Origin: Gnetum montanum
Taxonomy: Eukaryota > Plantae > Gnetophyta
DNA: 64,000 nt
NCBI GenBank assembly: GCA_015680685.1
Contig: MNCI01001933.1
Coordinates: 160,817 to 224,816, forward strand
Direction of reading: 5' to 3'
Shown piece after piece: positions 1 through 13,600 of the stretch. The translations under genes and the position numbers were made by a program. The stretch's first letter is position 1. Each line of letters starts with the position of its first letter. Below the pieces are notes generated by a model that searched no databases, was not told the DNA's origin, and worked only from the letters and a program-made list of their open reading frames with translations.

Positions 1-813
1 CACGTACCCAATATCAGGGCCTGGAAAATCATGATTCATCAGTCTCACTCTCTAATTCTATCTCTTAGATGTTAGCTATGCAATTGGATGATCTCTCATT
101 GAATGGTTGCTAGGTATTCATGCTTGTAAGCATTTGACATGTTTAGGAAAAAATGGCAATCTAAGGGTACAATAAAAATAAAAGGAAAAAAATAATTTCT
201 AAAATTAAATCAAAATAATATTCTAACATGGACTAGTTCCCAATGCTAGCCTATAGGTACCTCTCTAAGGGTTCGGTAGGAGCTATGTCTAAGTCCAAAC
301 TAACAATAATGTCTAAGGTCAAAAAATGTAATTAACGAAGAGACTAACATAAGACCCTCTAAAACATAAGCTAAAAAAAGTTAAAAACTAAAAAAATATA
401 AAATGTTATCTACAAAAAATTACAAAGTAATCCAAACAAAGCATATCACAAACCAATGAGGTATCCCATGTGTCAATGACTCATCGAGTGCCTGATACCT
501 ACCAACTTAAAACCTCAATAAAAGTGGTTAGTGTGCATATGATAAATTAAAGGAAAAATATAAAACACTAAAAAATTAAAATATTAAAAATACTAAAGAG
601 AAATAAAAATAAAAATAAAACATTTAAATATATAATAAAAGAAAAGTTAATTAAAAAGGAAATAGTAAGGTACATAGCTCAAACCTCAAAAGCATAGTCA
701 ACAAAACAAAAAGGGTTAATCAAACATAAGACATAGGCTAGTAAAAAAGATGTCAAGGGTTTAACTCACAAACATATCAAGGGATAAGAGGTGTCTAAGG
801 TAGGGATATTATA
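1..813 (-). repeat. 3' LTR (partial) of a degenerate Ty3/gypsy chromovirus (Tekay/Del-like)
   Basis: On the minus strand a purine-rich tract (gatgaggagaa, 814-824) is followed by a decayed TGTAATA-like LTR start at 813, directly downstream of the integrase/chromodomain remnant. The left end is not defined. Confidence 0.55.
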
Positions 814-819
814 TTCTCC

Positions 820-3525
820 TCATCTTAAGAATCTTCCTCTTGGAAGATCTTAGGTTGTGGTATACAAATTTTTCTCCACTTCCCATGTTGTTTCTAAGCT
901 TCATATCTTTCCAAAATAATCTCCACAATTGGAATAACCTTACTCATTCTTTTCTCTATTCTATTAACAATCTTAACTGATTGCTCTAAAAAATTGACAT
1001 GAGGTTGAAGTTGAACATCTTACTAATCTATCTTGTGACTTGGATTTGTAACATACTTCCTTAACATAGAAACATAAAACACATCATGAATTACTTGCAA
1101 TTATTATGAAAGTTTAGGCTAATAAGTAACTTCTTTAGTTTTTCTCAAAATTAGAAAGGAACCAATGTAGTGATAAGCTAACTTACCTCTTTAGACAAAT
1201 CTCATAATCCCTTTCAAAGGTAAGACCTTTAGGAAAAGGTGATCACCAATGTTAAACTCTAAAGGTCTTCTCTTATTGTTGGCATATTTAGTGTATTTGT
1301 CTTGAGCTACTTGTAATATGCCCATGACAATTTTAATATGTTCTATAGCATCATCAATGATGTTTGTCTTAGTCTCCTATCTATTCTCTATAGAATCCCA
1401 ACAAAGAGGTGTATGGTAAGGTCTATCATACAACACTTCATACAATGTTTGGTAAGGTCTACCATACAACACTTCATACAATGTTACTTTTATACTAGCC
1501 TACAAACTCTATGAATGGAAGAACTCTATCTCACATGTCTTGTAGTCCAAAGCATAGGTTTAAAGCATATTCTCTATAATTTGGTTCCTTCTTTCTTTTT
1601 AACCATCTATTTGAATATGATACATTGATCTAAGATTTAGTGTAGTATCCAAACTCTTCTAAAAAAACTATCAAAATATAAAAGTAAACTTAGAATCTTT
1701 GTTCGATACAATTTATTCCAAACTTCATGTAATCTAACAAGAACAACTAAGTAATCTGTTCTCCACTAGTTGTTACTTTTGTAGCTAAGAAGTAAGAAGA
1801 TTTGGTCAACAGATCCATGACCATAGGAATAGAATCTTTCTTGCTCTTAGTACAAGGTAATCAGTAATGAAGTCCATGCTAATGATCTTCCATTTTCACA
1901 TTAGAACGATGTGTGGATGAAGATAACCACAAGGTCTTTGATACTTTATCTTAATCTATTAATATATCAAACACTTAGTCATATACTCATGAACATTCCT
2001 ATTCATACCAAACCACTAATACTATAATACTATCTCTTAATGTTGTGATACATCTTATTATTGCTAGGATGCATTTGATACTCACTCTAGCGAGCCTCAT
2101 CAAGGAGCTTCTATTTAACTATAGCCGGTACATACACCATGTTCTTAAATCTTAATAAGCCAGAACTAATAACTAAAAACATTGAGTCTACTGGATGAAG
2201 AGTTACACTCTTCTCTTAACACTAGGGATTTATGATCTATTGAGAACTTATATCATCCTTCAAACTAGGTAAGAAAGTGAGACTATAGAGTTTCATAGAT
2301 ATCCTACTTGGTACATTTGCAACCTTGTTGCCTTTGCTTGGATGATACTACACTGTGAAGTCAAAATCTACTAGCAGATCTACCTATTGCCTTTGTCTCA
2401 TGTTCAATTATGGTTGATTCATAATATACGACAAGCTCTTATAATCTATCCAACATGCAATCTATTTTCCTTATAAGTAATGTCTTAAAATCTTAAGAGA
2501 AAAGGTAAGGGCACCAAGCTCTAAACCATGAGTTGAAAATTTTGGTCTCATGAGGTTTTAGTTGTTTAAAAGCATAAGCCATCACGTTGCCATATTATAG
2601 AAGAACACTTGCTAAACCTTCTCCTAAAGCATCTGTGTAAACATCATAAGGCTTATTAGAAACTAGTGGGATCAAAATAGGTGTTAAAATTAATCTTTGC
2701 TTTAGCTTCTTAAAGCCTTCTAACAAGCATTTGACTAAGAGAAAATATTGTCCTTCCTGAGAAACTTATGAAGAGGTACAATAATCTCATTGTAACCCAT
2801 TACAAATCTGTTGTAATAACCTGCTACATCCAAGAAACTTCTAACTTCATTCACTATGGATGGAATGACCAATCTTTAATCACTACTACCTTAGAAGGAT
2901 TCATAGCTATACCTACTCATGACATCACATGTCTAAGAAACTACATCTCTTTTCTTCAAAATGCATACTTAGAAGCATAAGCATACAACTACTATGCTCT
3001 TAAAGTTTGCAACATTGTTCTCAAATACTGGTTAAGCTCCTCTTCTTCCCTAGAGTAAATCAAAATGCCATTAATGATGATAATGATAACTTGATCTAAA
3101 TAAAGATGTAACACATTATTTACCAAGTGAATGAAAAATATTGGTGCATTAATGAGTCCAAAGGACATGACCAAGAACTCATAATGTCCATAACATATGC
3201 TAAAAACTTAGGCACATCCTCCTCTCATACCCTAACTTTATGAAAACTAGACTTGAAATCAATCTTAGAGAACACCTTAGCTTCTCTTAACTAGTCAAAC
3301 AAATCATAAAATCATAGGTAGAGGATACTAATTCATGATTATCATCTAATTCAACTAGCTATAATTAATACACAACCTCAAACTACCAATGTTCTTTTTT
3401 CCTAAAGAACATTAATGCAACCCAAGGTGATAACACTTGGGATAGATCATATCTTTGTTAAACAACTTATGAATCTAAACCTTAAGTTTTTCCAACTCCA
3501 TTGAAGACATCCTATAAGATGCCTT
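820..3525 (-). mobile_element. Degenerate Ty3/gypsy (Tekay-like) pol: RT, RNase H, integrase, chromodomain
   Basis: ORF 2992..3174 (VMSFGLINAP...IIIINGILIYS) is a gypsy RT core. Further minus-strand remnants read VYTDALGEG (RNase H), ISMDFITD (integrase) and LETTWE (chromodomain). Many stops and frameshifts. Cut off at ~3525 by an unrelated LTR. Confidence 0.85.
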
Positions 3526-4930
3526 ATCCCCTATGCCCAACCATATGAATCACAAGCATGCATTAGTGATTTGGTTGAATTCCGTAGACCTACTTCCTAA
3601 GCTGCTTATAGTCTTAATTATGAGGCAAAGGTGTTGTATGATCACTATCTTTCTAATCTACACTTGTGCTATTAGCTCGTATGGTTAAATGTGAGTTAAG
3701 GCACATGATGTGTATTTTTTATAAGTATATATATATATATTCTCCTAAGGCTAGGTGAGTAAATGAAGATTTAATAATTAAATATTTAACTACTTAACTA
3801 TTCTAGTGACTAACTATTCTAACATAAGTAGTTGTTCTCACTTATCATACACATCCTAAACTAGCATCAACACTATTGAGTTACCAAGTGATGATTACTA
3901 GGTGCACCAAATGGCTACTATTGGGATTACTAAGCGTAATACATTATGTTCAAAGTGGTTGTACTTACATTTTTAGGATTAAGTATTTTAACTAATTAAA
4001 ATCATGAAAGTTAAGTGCATTAAAAGTAAGGTGCAAATAGAAAAGATTAAACTAATCCAAGCGCTACAATGAATGTTAGACATTTTGCCTTTATTGTTGT
4101 TCATGCCAATGCGTTTAGGTACATAGGTACATTGTGTTCGAATAAAGATCCATATAATCTCTTTAATTCACACTGCAGGCACTCAAAAAATATTCTAACT
4201 CTAAAGAAATTAAACTACAAGGGCTTCACTATGCTATGGACTTAAGGTGCCATAAATGTGGTTGGTGTGCGCATTTATATAGGCTTTGTTTGCATCACTG
4301 TCGATGCATCTGCATTGATGTATGTGACCATGCATTGATAGGGATACATCGATAAGGCTATGTTGATGCATGCCTTTCGACATAGCTTGTCTATTCATAA
4401 CTCATCATACCACCACAATTGACTGAAAACTTGTCCTTGAGAGAATAAAAGTAGGATCAAGTTTCTTACAAACTTTGAGGAAGTACGAACCTTATTGACT
4501 AATCAACAAATAGACAAATAGACAAATAGACTCTACTAACTTGCAGTGCTAGATTGTATGGGATTACAAAAATTAGTGTCCATTATAAGAAAATTGGACA
4601 CTTTACAAAAAATTTCAGCATGCATTCTTGAGTTATTGAAGACAGGGCAAATTCTCAAATAGTGCCTAGAAGTGGAGGCTCCTGTGACATTGGAGGTCCT
4701 TCACTAGGTTTTGATGTTGGTGATGGTAGAGGCTAAGGCTGACTTGCTTCTACTACTGCCATCGGCGGAAGCTTGAAAGCACCCAATAATGCTTTGATCT
4801 TTTCTTCCTTCCTACATGGGTCGTAGGTAGTCTATATGGCAGTAGCTTGAAAGCACCCAATAATGCTGTGATCTTTTCTTCCTTCCTACATGGGTTGTAG
4901 GTAGTCTATTGACTTCATCGATGTGGAATG
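3526..4930 (-). mobile_element. Truncated Athila-type element C: 3' LTR (~3526-4407), PPT and ~500 bp of internal 3' region
   Basis: The minus strand reads caaggacaagttttcagtcaattgtggtggta|TGATGAG, matching the PPT/LTR junction of element A (gaggacgagttttcattcagtcatgggggta|TGATGAG). The far end cccctatgcccaaccatatgaatc matches the LTR ends of A and B but lacks the last ~15 bp. Contains a ~65-bp direct duplication (4771-4908). Confidence 0.75.
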
Positions 4931-5044
4931 GAATAGGAATCTTCCATGGGCATGGCATCAAAGAAAACAACTCCTTTGCATTGACAAACTATGCTGAAAA
5001 TTATTTATATTCATGTTAAAATGTCTTTACCACGTTCTGTAGCT

Positions 5045-7003
5045 GATGGCAGTCATTCATTCATTTGGTCAGGTTCTTAGCAACAAACTGTTGATCGGTG
5101 AATCTGCTCTTAAGAAATTCAAGCTTCACATCGGCTATCTCCAATTGCTACTTGATCTTCTCATGATGCTTGTATTTTACCTTGTACAAGAATGAGAAAC
5201 TGGTCACTTGTTATTCCAACTCAATCTTTATGATGCTTGTATTCTACCTCAGTACAAGAACGAGAAACTAGTCACTTGTTTTTCCAACTCGGTCTCTAGT
5301 CTCCCCGCTGTTCGTTGTCGGCGAACTTTGAAGCTATATTCCATTCCAAAATGGAATGCTCGCTTTCCTGATGCACCACGCGATTGGCACGCAGCAGTTT
5401 TCACCAGCAGCACAGTGACTAAGATTGCGGTTCATGGTTCAGTTGCACCAACCTATGATCGCCCACTTTCCTGGTAAACTCCGTGATGTGCCTGCCATTC
5501 CTCTGAGTGATTGATGTAGCATTTTAGCATCTCAAAGGAAACTTTCCTGCTCAAGCTCTGATTAACTTCACCAACCTCGTCTGTCTCGATCTTTCCCGGA
5601 ACCAATTCCAAGAGCACCTTCCCGACCTCTCCAGCGTCCGCAATTTGAAGGTTCTCGATCTGTCGGTCCTACAATTTTTTAACGTCTTCTCTACATGAGA
5701 TAATTGCAAAACTGCCTCATCTGCTTGATGATCTTGACCTGTCTTACAATTTTTTCGATCGCGGCCTAATTCCAGTAGAATTGAGGAGGCTCAACAGGAT
5801 CAAGAAGCTCCGCCTGGTAGGCATGAATTTTGCAGGGCACATCCCACGGTTTGTATCGCACTTCACTGAGCTCCGGGAGCTTAACCCTACCAACAATTTC
5901 CTGGATGGCTGGATTCCCAAGGAAAAATCGCAGCTTCAAAAGCTTGAAGTGTTGAATTTCAGTAGCAACTACTTCACTGGAGCTATACACAGAGTTAAGT
6001 GATCGTCGATCTCTGCAAAAACTCGATTTGTTCGATATTTCTCTGTCTGGGTCGATTCCTGCAGAGCTTGGGAACTTGAAAAAGCTTGCCTGGGTTAGGC
6101 TCTTGTATAACAATATGTTTGGTCCTATCCCACGAGGTTTTGGGGAATTACGACACCGTCAAGGTCTTTTTCTGTGCGCGAGTAATCTGAGTGGCCGATC
6201 CCGGAAAAGCTTGGCAGCCTCTTCAATCAGGGTTAGAAGAAATTGATGCCTGTATGCCTGTATGTCGGATTTTTTGCCGTAAAAAACGTTTAAAATTTTT
6301 AAACATTTCTATTTTCAAAAAGATATATTCCAAACATGCCTCTCATTTATAAAATATTATAATTGAGAGGGGATAGTAAGATTAGGTTTATTATTGTTTC
6401 CATACTAATTTAACAATATGTTTTGAAATTCAATGTGTTATACAATGTCAAAATTTGAGAGAATTTTTCTTAAGACGTTTTCAACTTTATTTTTTGAATA
6501 GTTAGCAATTTTTAAAATTTTCTTTTAATCTTACCATCTTAGCTTTGTTTTCATAATTTTAAATTAGTTTTAATATTGTTGCTGCACTTCCATATACTCT
6601 AAAATCTAATGTATACAATAAGAAATAGATATTTTTTCTTAATTTAACATGTTTTCACCTTTATTTTATCAACCTTAGCTTTATTTTTTCGTTTTTAATT
6701 TTTATTTTGATATATTTTGTTTAATTTGAAAGTCATTTTTTCAAAACAATGGTAAAGCAAATTTCCTTTTACAAGCACCCTTGCCCATCAATTTCCAACC
6801 TTGTCTCCAATCTATTGAGATTGGATGTCTCAGACAATTGATTCACAGGCAATCTCCCCAAAGAACTGTGCAGTGCACACCAAATGATAGGCCTTCATGC
6901 TAAGAACAATTTTCTTACAGGGCATATCCATGCAAAAGTTGCAAAGCATCAAGCTCTCAAGTTCTTCAAAGTGGGACGAAATAATGTGACCGAAACCGTA
7001 CCC
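5045..7003 (+). pseudogene. LRR receptor-like kinase pseudogene, N-terminal LRR part (subfamily XI, HAESA/HSL/CEPR2-like)
   Basis: Plant extracellular LRR consensus in several frames (NNFLDGWIPKE, LSGSIPAELGNLKKLAWVRLLYNNMFGPIP, FTGNLPKELC, KNNFLTGHI). Has frameshifts, stops and a hAT MITE insertion, and continues at 38189. Confidence 0.85.
6228..6803. mobile_element. Non-autonomous hAT-type element (MITE), 576 bp
   Basis: Imperfect TIRs (cagggttagaagaaattgatg at the left; caaggttggaaattgatg as reverse complement of the right end). 8-bp TSD tcttcaat/tctccaat (6220-6227, 6804-6811). AT-rich interior. Removing it restores the LRR frame LAASSNLLRLDVSDN. Confidence 0.85.
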
Positions 7004-7677
7004 ACAATGCGACCAAAGTTACGTCTAGCCTCAGGAGGTAGCGAATACCCCATTATTTATGATGTGCATGCATGCCCATACGTATGGTATATTGATAAGA
7101 TGGCCATTTGACATTGTGAGGCACTGCATACCCATCTTGCGTGGGGAATATTAACATGCATAAAATATTAAAAATCGAACTCTAAATCAAACTCAGAACT
7201 TTTGCTTCGCCTTCTGCTATGCCCACTCATGCCTCGCCTCCCCCTACGCCTACTTTGCCTAGACTCACTTCTGCTATGCGTTCTTGCATTTTTGCATAGC
7301 ACAACAATCTTCAAGAGCATCCACATCATCATCTCTGGTTTAGCTGCCCTATTGCCATCCTATTATCTCCTCCTTAGGGTTAGTATTAATGACATCGTGC
7401 CATTTTCAAATTGAATCCCTTTCTTGCATTACAATTTGGATTGGCCATTTCCTTTATTTTTGTTCTTGGAATTGTTTGCTGCATCTAGGTATTTCCTATT
7501 GAACGTATTGTAGTTTAGCATACCAATTGCAAAAATGGGGATTGCATGTTCCATTTCTTAGTTTTCGTTAGTTTCATGTTAAGGTGCGAGTCAAATGCGA
7601 ATTGCAGTTCATATCATTTCCAAACAGTGCGAGGGCATGTGAAGTCTCTTAAGGGTTAATTAAACTATGATGTATTG

Positions 7678-8544
7678 TGATGAGTGGCAAGGTACTCCTA
7701 TGCCCATCCATACGAATCACTAAGGCATTGACGCGTGATCCAATCGAATTCTGTGGACCTATAGTTATCCAATGCACTAATCCTCTAGGAAGTGAAATAG
7801 GCATTGAGAATGTTCATTGTCTTCCCAACTATGCTTGTGAAGCTTAAGGATATGGTTTAAGTGTAATTGAGGTACATGATTTTTATCATTTTATGTTTTA
7901 TAAATTTAATTGCCTAGAACAAGAATGAAAGGTAGAGTAATTTAAAATCTAATTCATCCATTGCCTAGCTAGCCTAACACAAGTACTCATTCCCACTTTC
8001 TAGACACATTCTAAATGCATGTAGCATTGTTGGGTTACCAAATGTTAAGTGTTTCTGGGTTACCAAGTGCTACATGTATGCTCGAAGTGGTCCTGCTTGT
8101 GTTCATTAACAACTGAAAATTAATTACTTAATGAAAATGCATTAAAATAAAGTGCATGAACGTAGAGTGCATGAATATTAAATGTGTTAAGTAAACATTA
8201 ATCTATTCTCAGTGCTACAAGGATGATCAAAAGAACTCGTCTTTGTTCCTGTCACACTACTGTGCTTAAGTACATCAGTGTTTGAACAAAGATCCATACA
8301 CACTCAGACTCCTACTGTGAGCACTCAAAAAACATTCTAACTTTGGAGAAAACAAACTACAAGAGCTTCACTATCTATGACAAAAACTGATATAAATTGA
8401 TTGAAAATCGTGAGCCCAAGTGCTATATTTATAGGCTAGCATATATGTCGCGATATCAAATATTTGACATCATGTCAGGGCTTCGACATCAAGTATCTGA
8501 TATCGAGGCTCCGATATTGGAGTAGATCAAAACATAATTCATCA
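7678..8544 (-). repeat. 3' LTR of element B
   Basis: Direct repeat of 16782-17648 with mostly transition differences; PPT adjacent. Confidence 0.93.
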
Positions 8545-10639
8545 TACCCCGACAACTGAATGAAAACTCGTCCTTGAGTGAAGAAGAGGAAAAACAAGTT
8601 TCTTACAAAATATTGGGTAGGTATGGGATTACTGATTAACATGTAATTTAATTCAGATGGAACAGATAGACTCCTAAGTACTCGAGTGTATGAATTACAA
8701 TATTTTACAAAATTGGGTGCTTAGGATTAGAGAAGAGAGCATACTAGACAAAACTGACATTCACTCCTCTAGCAACTGAATAGCAAGGAAGAAGATTCAA
8801 CAATCATGAAGAGTCCTTGTCACATGGTGCTATTGTTGTTGCTTCCTTTGTGAGGATAGTTCCACTTCCAGTCTGCACATTTCATCCACACTTCCCACTA
8901 CAATCACAACATAGTCATGAATTAGTATGTAATGTATAACATATAGCTTTGAAGTTCCTTGTCTCGTTGATGGTTACACTTAGCCAGGTTGTGATTGTGA
9001 TGAATGGATTTAGTTAATAGTGTTAGCGGGAAAGTTGATAACTAGGGTAAAATGGATAAGCGGTCCATTAAATTTGAAAAGTTCAAATGCAAGGAAATGC
9101 TTGAACAGGCTTTAAAAATTCACAACGGTAACTATAAAAGGTTTCACTGAAAAACGTTGTGAAGCTGCACACAATTGGATGTCATTGATGAGGTGAACAA
9201 AAGGATTTGATTGTAAGAGTGTCTAAGGATAAAGAACTTAGCTAACCCAACCAAAAGATATGCAAGTGGGTCCTTCCCAAAGTAGGCACAGGTCTTTTAT
9301 TGCCCTTGCATAACTTCAAACCAAGGAGTTTGTGTGTCCCGTTGATGATTAATGGTTATGGAAGGTCAAGTACAAAAACCCAAAAGAAACTACCTAAGAA
9401 TTTCGACACATCAAACCAGGACATTGAACAAAAATATGAAATCAACAGTGACGTGAGACATGAAAAGCATAGATGAATGAGAGAGAGAGTGGAATGGAGT
9501 TCCTGATTAAGGTTACATGAAGTCCCTTGTAAATTTTATAGTTAAATGACTTGATAAGATCCATCCTTAGTCCAGACAACACCAACCATGTTCAATGACT
9601 TTGCATTGCCATTCTAAGACTAGTCCATCCCCCTAAGACACAAGAGTGCTTCCATGGAACAAAAACCATTGCTTATTAGAGAAGAAAGGAGAAGTAGGAA
9701 GTCAGGAAGGGCCTAGTTAGAGGGGACCTTCAAGCATCGGTAACATGTCTTTCTAGTCCCATAACTAGTGCTTGTAGCCCATTTATTTTGTCTAAGGGAT
9801 GTGTTTTGAATTCTCATCATTTTTTTAATGAGAACCACACCATGCAAAGACTTATTCTTTTATTGTGTCTAAGAGGTGTGCTTTGAATTTCCATCATTTT
9901 TTATGAGAACCACACCATGCAAAGACTTATTCAACTTCCTTTTATTGGTCAACACAAAATAGTAAGAAATCCATGAAAACACACATGCCCCCAAGCAAGC
10001 AAAAAGGCACAAAGAATACCAAATCCCCTTGAAGTCACACCCTGTTCAAACCTTTGAATCTTTTCTAATTCTGGAAACTACCAGATTCACAAATTTATTA
10101 TAGTTTTATTAATGAAAAAGGGACTGCATATTTTCAGAACAAGGAAAACCATAGAGTTTGTGGATGGGTGGATGTTGTGGACTCACTGCCTGTTGCATGA
10201 AAAGAAACCATGTCCTCGTTATCAGTAACAAAATTCAAAGCTAGAATCCAGACACCAACAATCAAATAACTGAATAGTACATACCAACATCAAGCAACAA
10301 ATCACCATGTGTCTAGCACTTATTAACAAAAAGTTAGAAAATCACACTAGAAGAAAAGAAAATATAAAAGGAAGCTTAAAATGTTCAGGAAATAGCATAT
10401 GTACTAACGATGTTGTAAAACAAAAATTAGAAAAGATTAATAACATAAAAACAAAAAGATGTACAATAAAGAATGCGTAAAACAAAAATTTGCAAAACAA
10501 AAATTTGTAAAAACAAAAAGGGTAAAAAACTGAGAAGTCACTTATATAGTTAGCGTGGATAGCCATCTCCCCTATGACTAATTTGAAAGAAAAGAATCTA
10601 AAGTATGGAGTGTGGTTGTCCATTCAATGAGGTGTTTGT

Positions 10640-13600
10640 TGTATTTGTTGGCTTATGCTCATGGAAAGGTTTGACTTGTTGTATGTTGACCAGCTGTTTC
10701 TTGTCTGGGATCTTAGGTTTGTAGATCATCATGACCCCATAAGAAAAAGTTTCATAAATTATATAAGGTCCTTCCCATAACGTCTAGAAGTTAGTTTGTT
10801 GAGGTACATGTGTGGGATTCTAGTAGAGAACCTTATCTCCTAGTTGAAATTTGACTTTTCTAATTTTAAGGTCATGGCACTTTTTGTTGTACGGCTTGTG
10901 CAACTTGTTAGATGATAGGGCCACCAATTGATTTTTATCTAGCAAGTTGAGATTTATCAATCTTTCTTATTGTGCTAGACTCAAGTCAAGGTCGAGGTCA
11001 TAGGCTGGGCATTATTGAGTTTTGTGCTCCAATCTTTCCTATATTTGCTGACAGTTCTTGTTAGAATCCTTGTAATTTCCCTATTTGTAACCTCAGCTTG
11101 ACCATTGGCTTGGGGGTGATAGGGTGTTGTGATTTTATGTTCAACCCCCAAGTGTTGCATGAGATTTTGAAAGGTGGAGACTATAAAGTGAGTTCCATTA
11201 TCAAAAATTAATGCACACGGCACACCAAACCTGTTTATAACATTTTGTTATACAAACCGAGTAGTAGTAGAAGATGTACAGTTAGTGACAGTTATTGCTT
11301 CTGCCCATTTCATACAATAGTTAACAGCAACTATGATGTATGCCTTTCTATTTAACATGGGTGTGATGGAACCCATGAAATTAATGCCTTAAATGTCAAA
11401 GGGTTCTAGCGATTGAATCCATTGTTGAGGTCCCTCCATTTGAGTAGTCATTCCACCATCTCGTTGGCATTATTCACAAGAGTGAACATATTGGTGAACA
11501 TCCCTAAAGATTGTTGGCCAATAGTATCCTACCATCAGGATTTTAATGGTCATGCATCTCCCAACATAGTGGCCTCTGCAAGGACCTTCATGAGCATCTT
11601 GGAGAATGTGCAGTTGATCAGCATCACAAACATACCAACGAACCATGCCATCAACACACACCTTGTAGAGGTGTTCATTGATTTCCATGAAGCATTTTAT
11701 TTGGTGAAGAAACTGCTATTTTTTTTGGTGGTCTAGCCCTTGTGACATCTCTTGGGTGAGAAGATAGGTGAGAATGCCATCATACCAATTAGGCTCATTG
11801 GGCAATTATTCAGTTATAGCCCCAACAAAGAGAAGTTTGTTAGGAAACATATTAGATAGTGGGTTCTCTTCCATCGTAATTAAGACAAGTGATCAACAAC
11901 CACATTCTCAATGCCCTTTCAATCTACCATCATGAGATTGAATTCTTGTAAGATCACTAACCAATGTATGACACAGGGGCTCATTGTTGGCTTGTTTATC
12001 AAGAAGTGGATGGCACTATGATTTGTGCACAAATACTTTATATCCAAGCACATAATGCTTAAACTTTTTTAGAGCAAACATGACTGCCATCAGTTCTTTT
12101 TCTATAGTGGTATAGTTTAGTCGTGCATCCACAATGCTTCGGCTAGCGTAGTGGATGTAATATGAACGTTTCTTGTCATCCATCTACATAAGAATAGCTC
12201 CCAAGGCATAATTTGATGAATCCGTCATAACATAAAATGGTTTGGGCCAGTTGGGTGCTTGTAGAATTGGAGTTTCTAGAAGTTTCTCATTCAGCTGTTG
12301 GAATGCTTGTTTGCATTCTATGGTCTAGAAAAATAGAGCATCTTTCTTTATCAACTCCACCAATGGTTTTGCAATCTTAGAGAAATTCTCTATGAATCAC
12401 CAATAATAGCCAATATGTTCAAGGAATGACTAAACATCTTTGACAGATTTTGGTTGGTAGCTTATTCCTTGGATGACTCTTATTTTTTCAGGGTCAAACT
12501 TAATTCCTACTTGTGATATTCTGTGCCCCAATATAATGCTTTCCTGGACCATCAAGTGACTCTTTTGCTAGTTGAGCCTGAGGTTTGTCTCAACACATCA
12601 TTTCAGTACTTGCTTAGGGTGGTCAAAGGCTTGCTCAAATGTAGCTCCATAGGTGGAGAAGTCAGCCATGAAGACTTCCACACCACTACCAATTTGCTGT
12701 TGAAAAATGCTAAGGACCAAGCATTGGAATGTAGTAGGGGCATTGCACAGACCAAATGGCATGTTGCGATATGCAAAAGTCCCTTAATGATTTGTGAATG
12801 TTATCTTGGCATGGTCCTCTGGTGCAATTTGAATTTGATTATAGCCACTATAGCCATCTAGAAAACTGTAGTAGAAATGCCCAGATATTGCATCTAACAC
12901 TTGATCAACAAATGGTGATGGAAAATGATTGTTGAATGTTGCCATATTCAATAGCCGAAAATTGATGCAAACCCGCCACTTGCCTCCTTTCTTTGGCATA
13001 ATCATGAGTGGACTAACCCACTCACTATCTGCAATGGGATAAATGAATCCCAACTTGAGGATTTGTTCAATTTCCTCCTTGACAATCTGCTTCAGTTTGA
13101 GGCTCAATTACCTTTGTGGTTGTTTCTTTGGCTTCATGGTTGGGTCAGTGTAGATGCGATGTTGGCATATCCTAGGATCAATCCCTGTGAGTTTAAGATA
13201 TGACCAAGCAAAGGCTACTAACCATTTTTTAATCACATTTAATAGCATCTTTTTCTGTTCTGGAGCAAGATTTGCATTGATTATGACCAACTTCCACTTT
13301 TTAAGAATACATATTCCATGCTGACTAGTAGAGTTTTTAGTTCAAGGGGCTCTTACTTGAAATTTTCATGAATTTCCAACTCTTCCCAATAGATATCATC
13401 ATTTGCATCATCAAAGAGTTGGTGATGAACTTGCTCTAGTTCATCCACACCTACGACATATGTGCATGTTAGGTTCTCAGTTGGTTCCATGCAAAGTGTG
13501 CTGCTCTCAAAATTAGCAATTAGCCATTGGGTGCCCTCCTGTTTTGTGGCTGCTGTATATAAACACCTTTGAATTTCTACTTCTTGTGCACATTGCTTGC

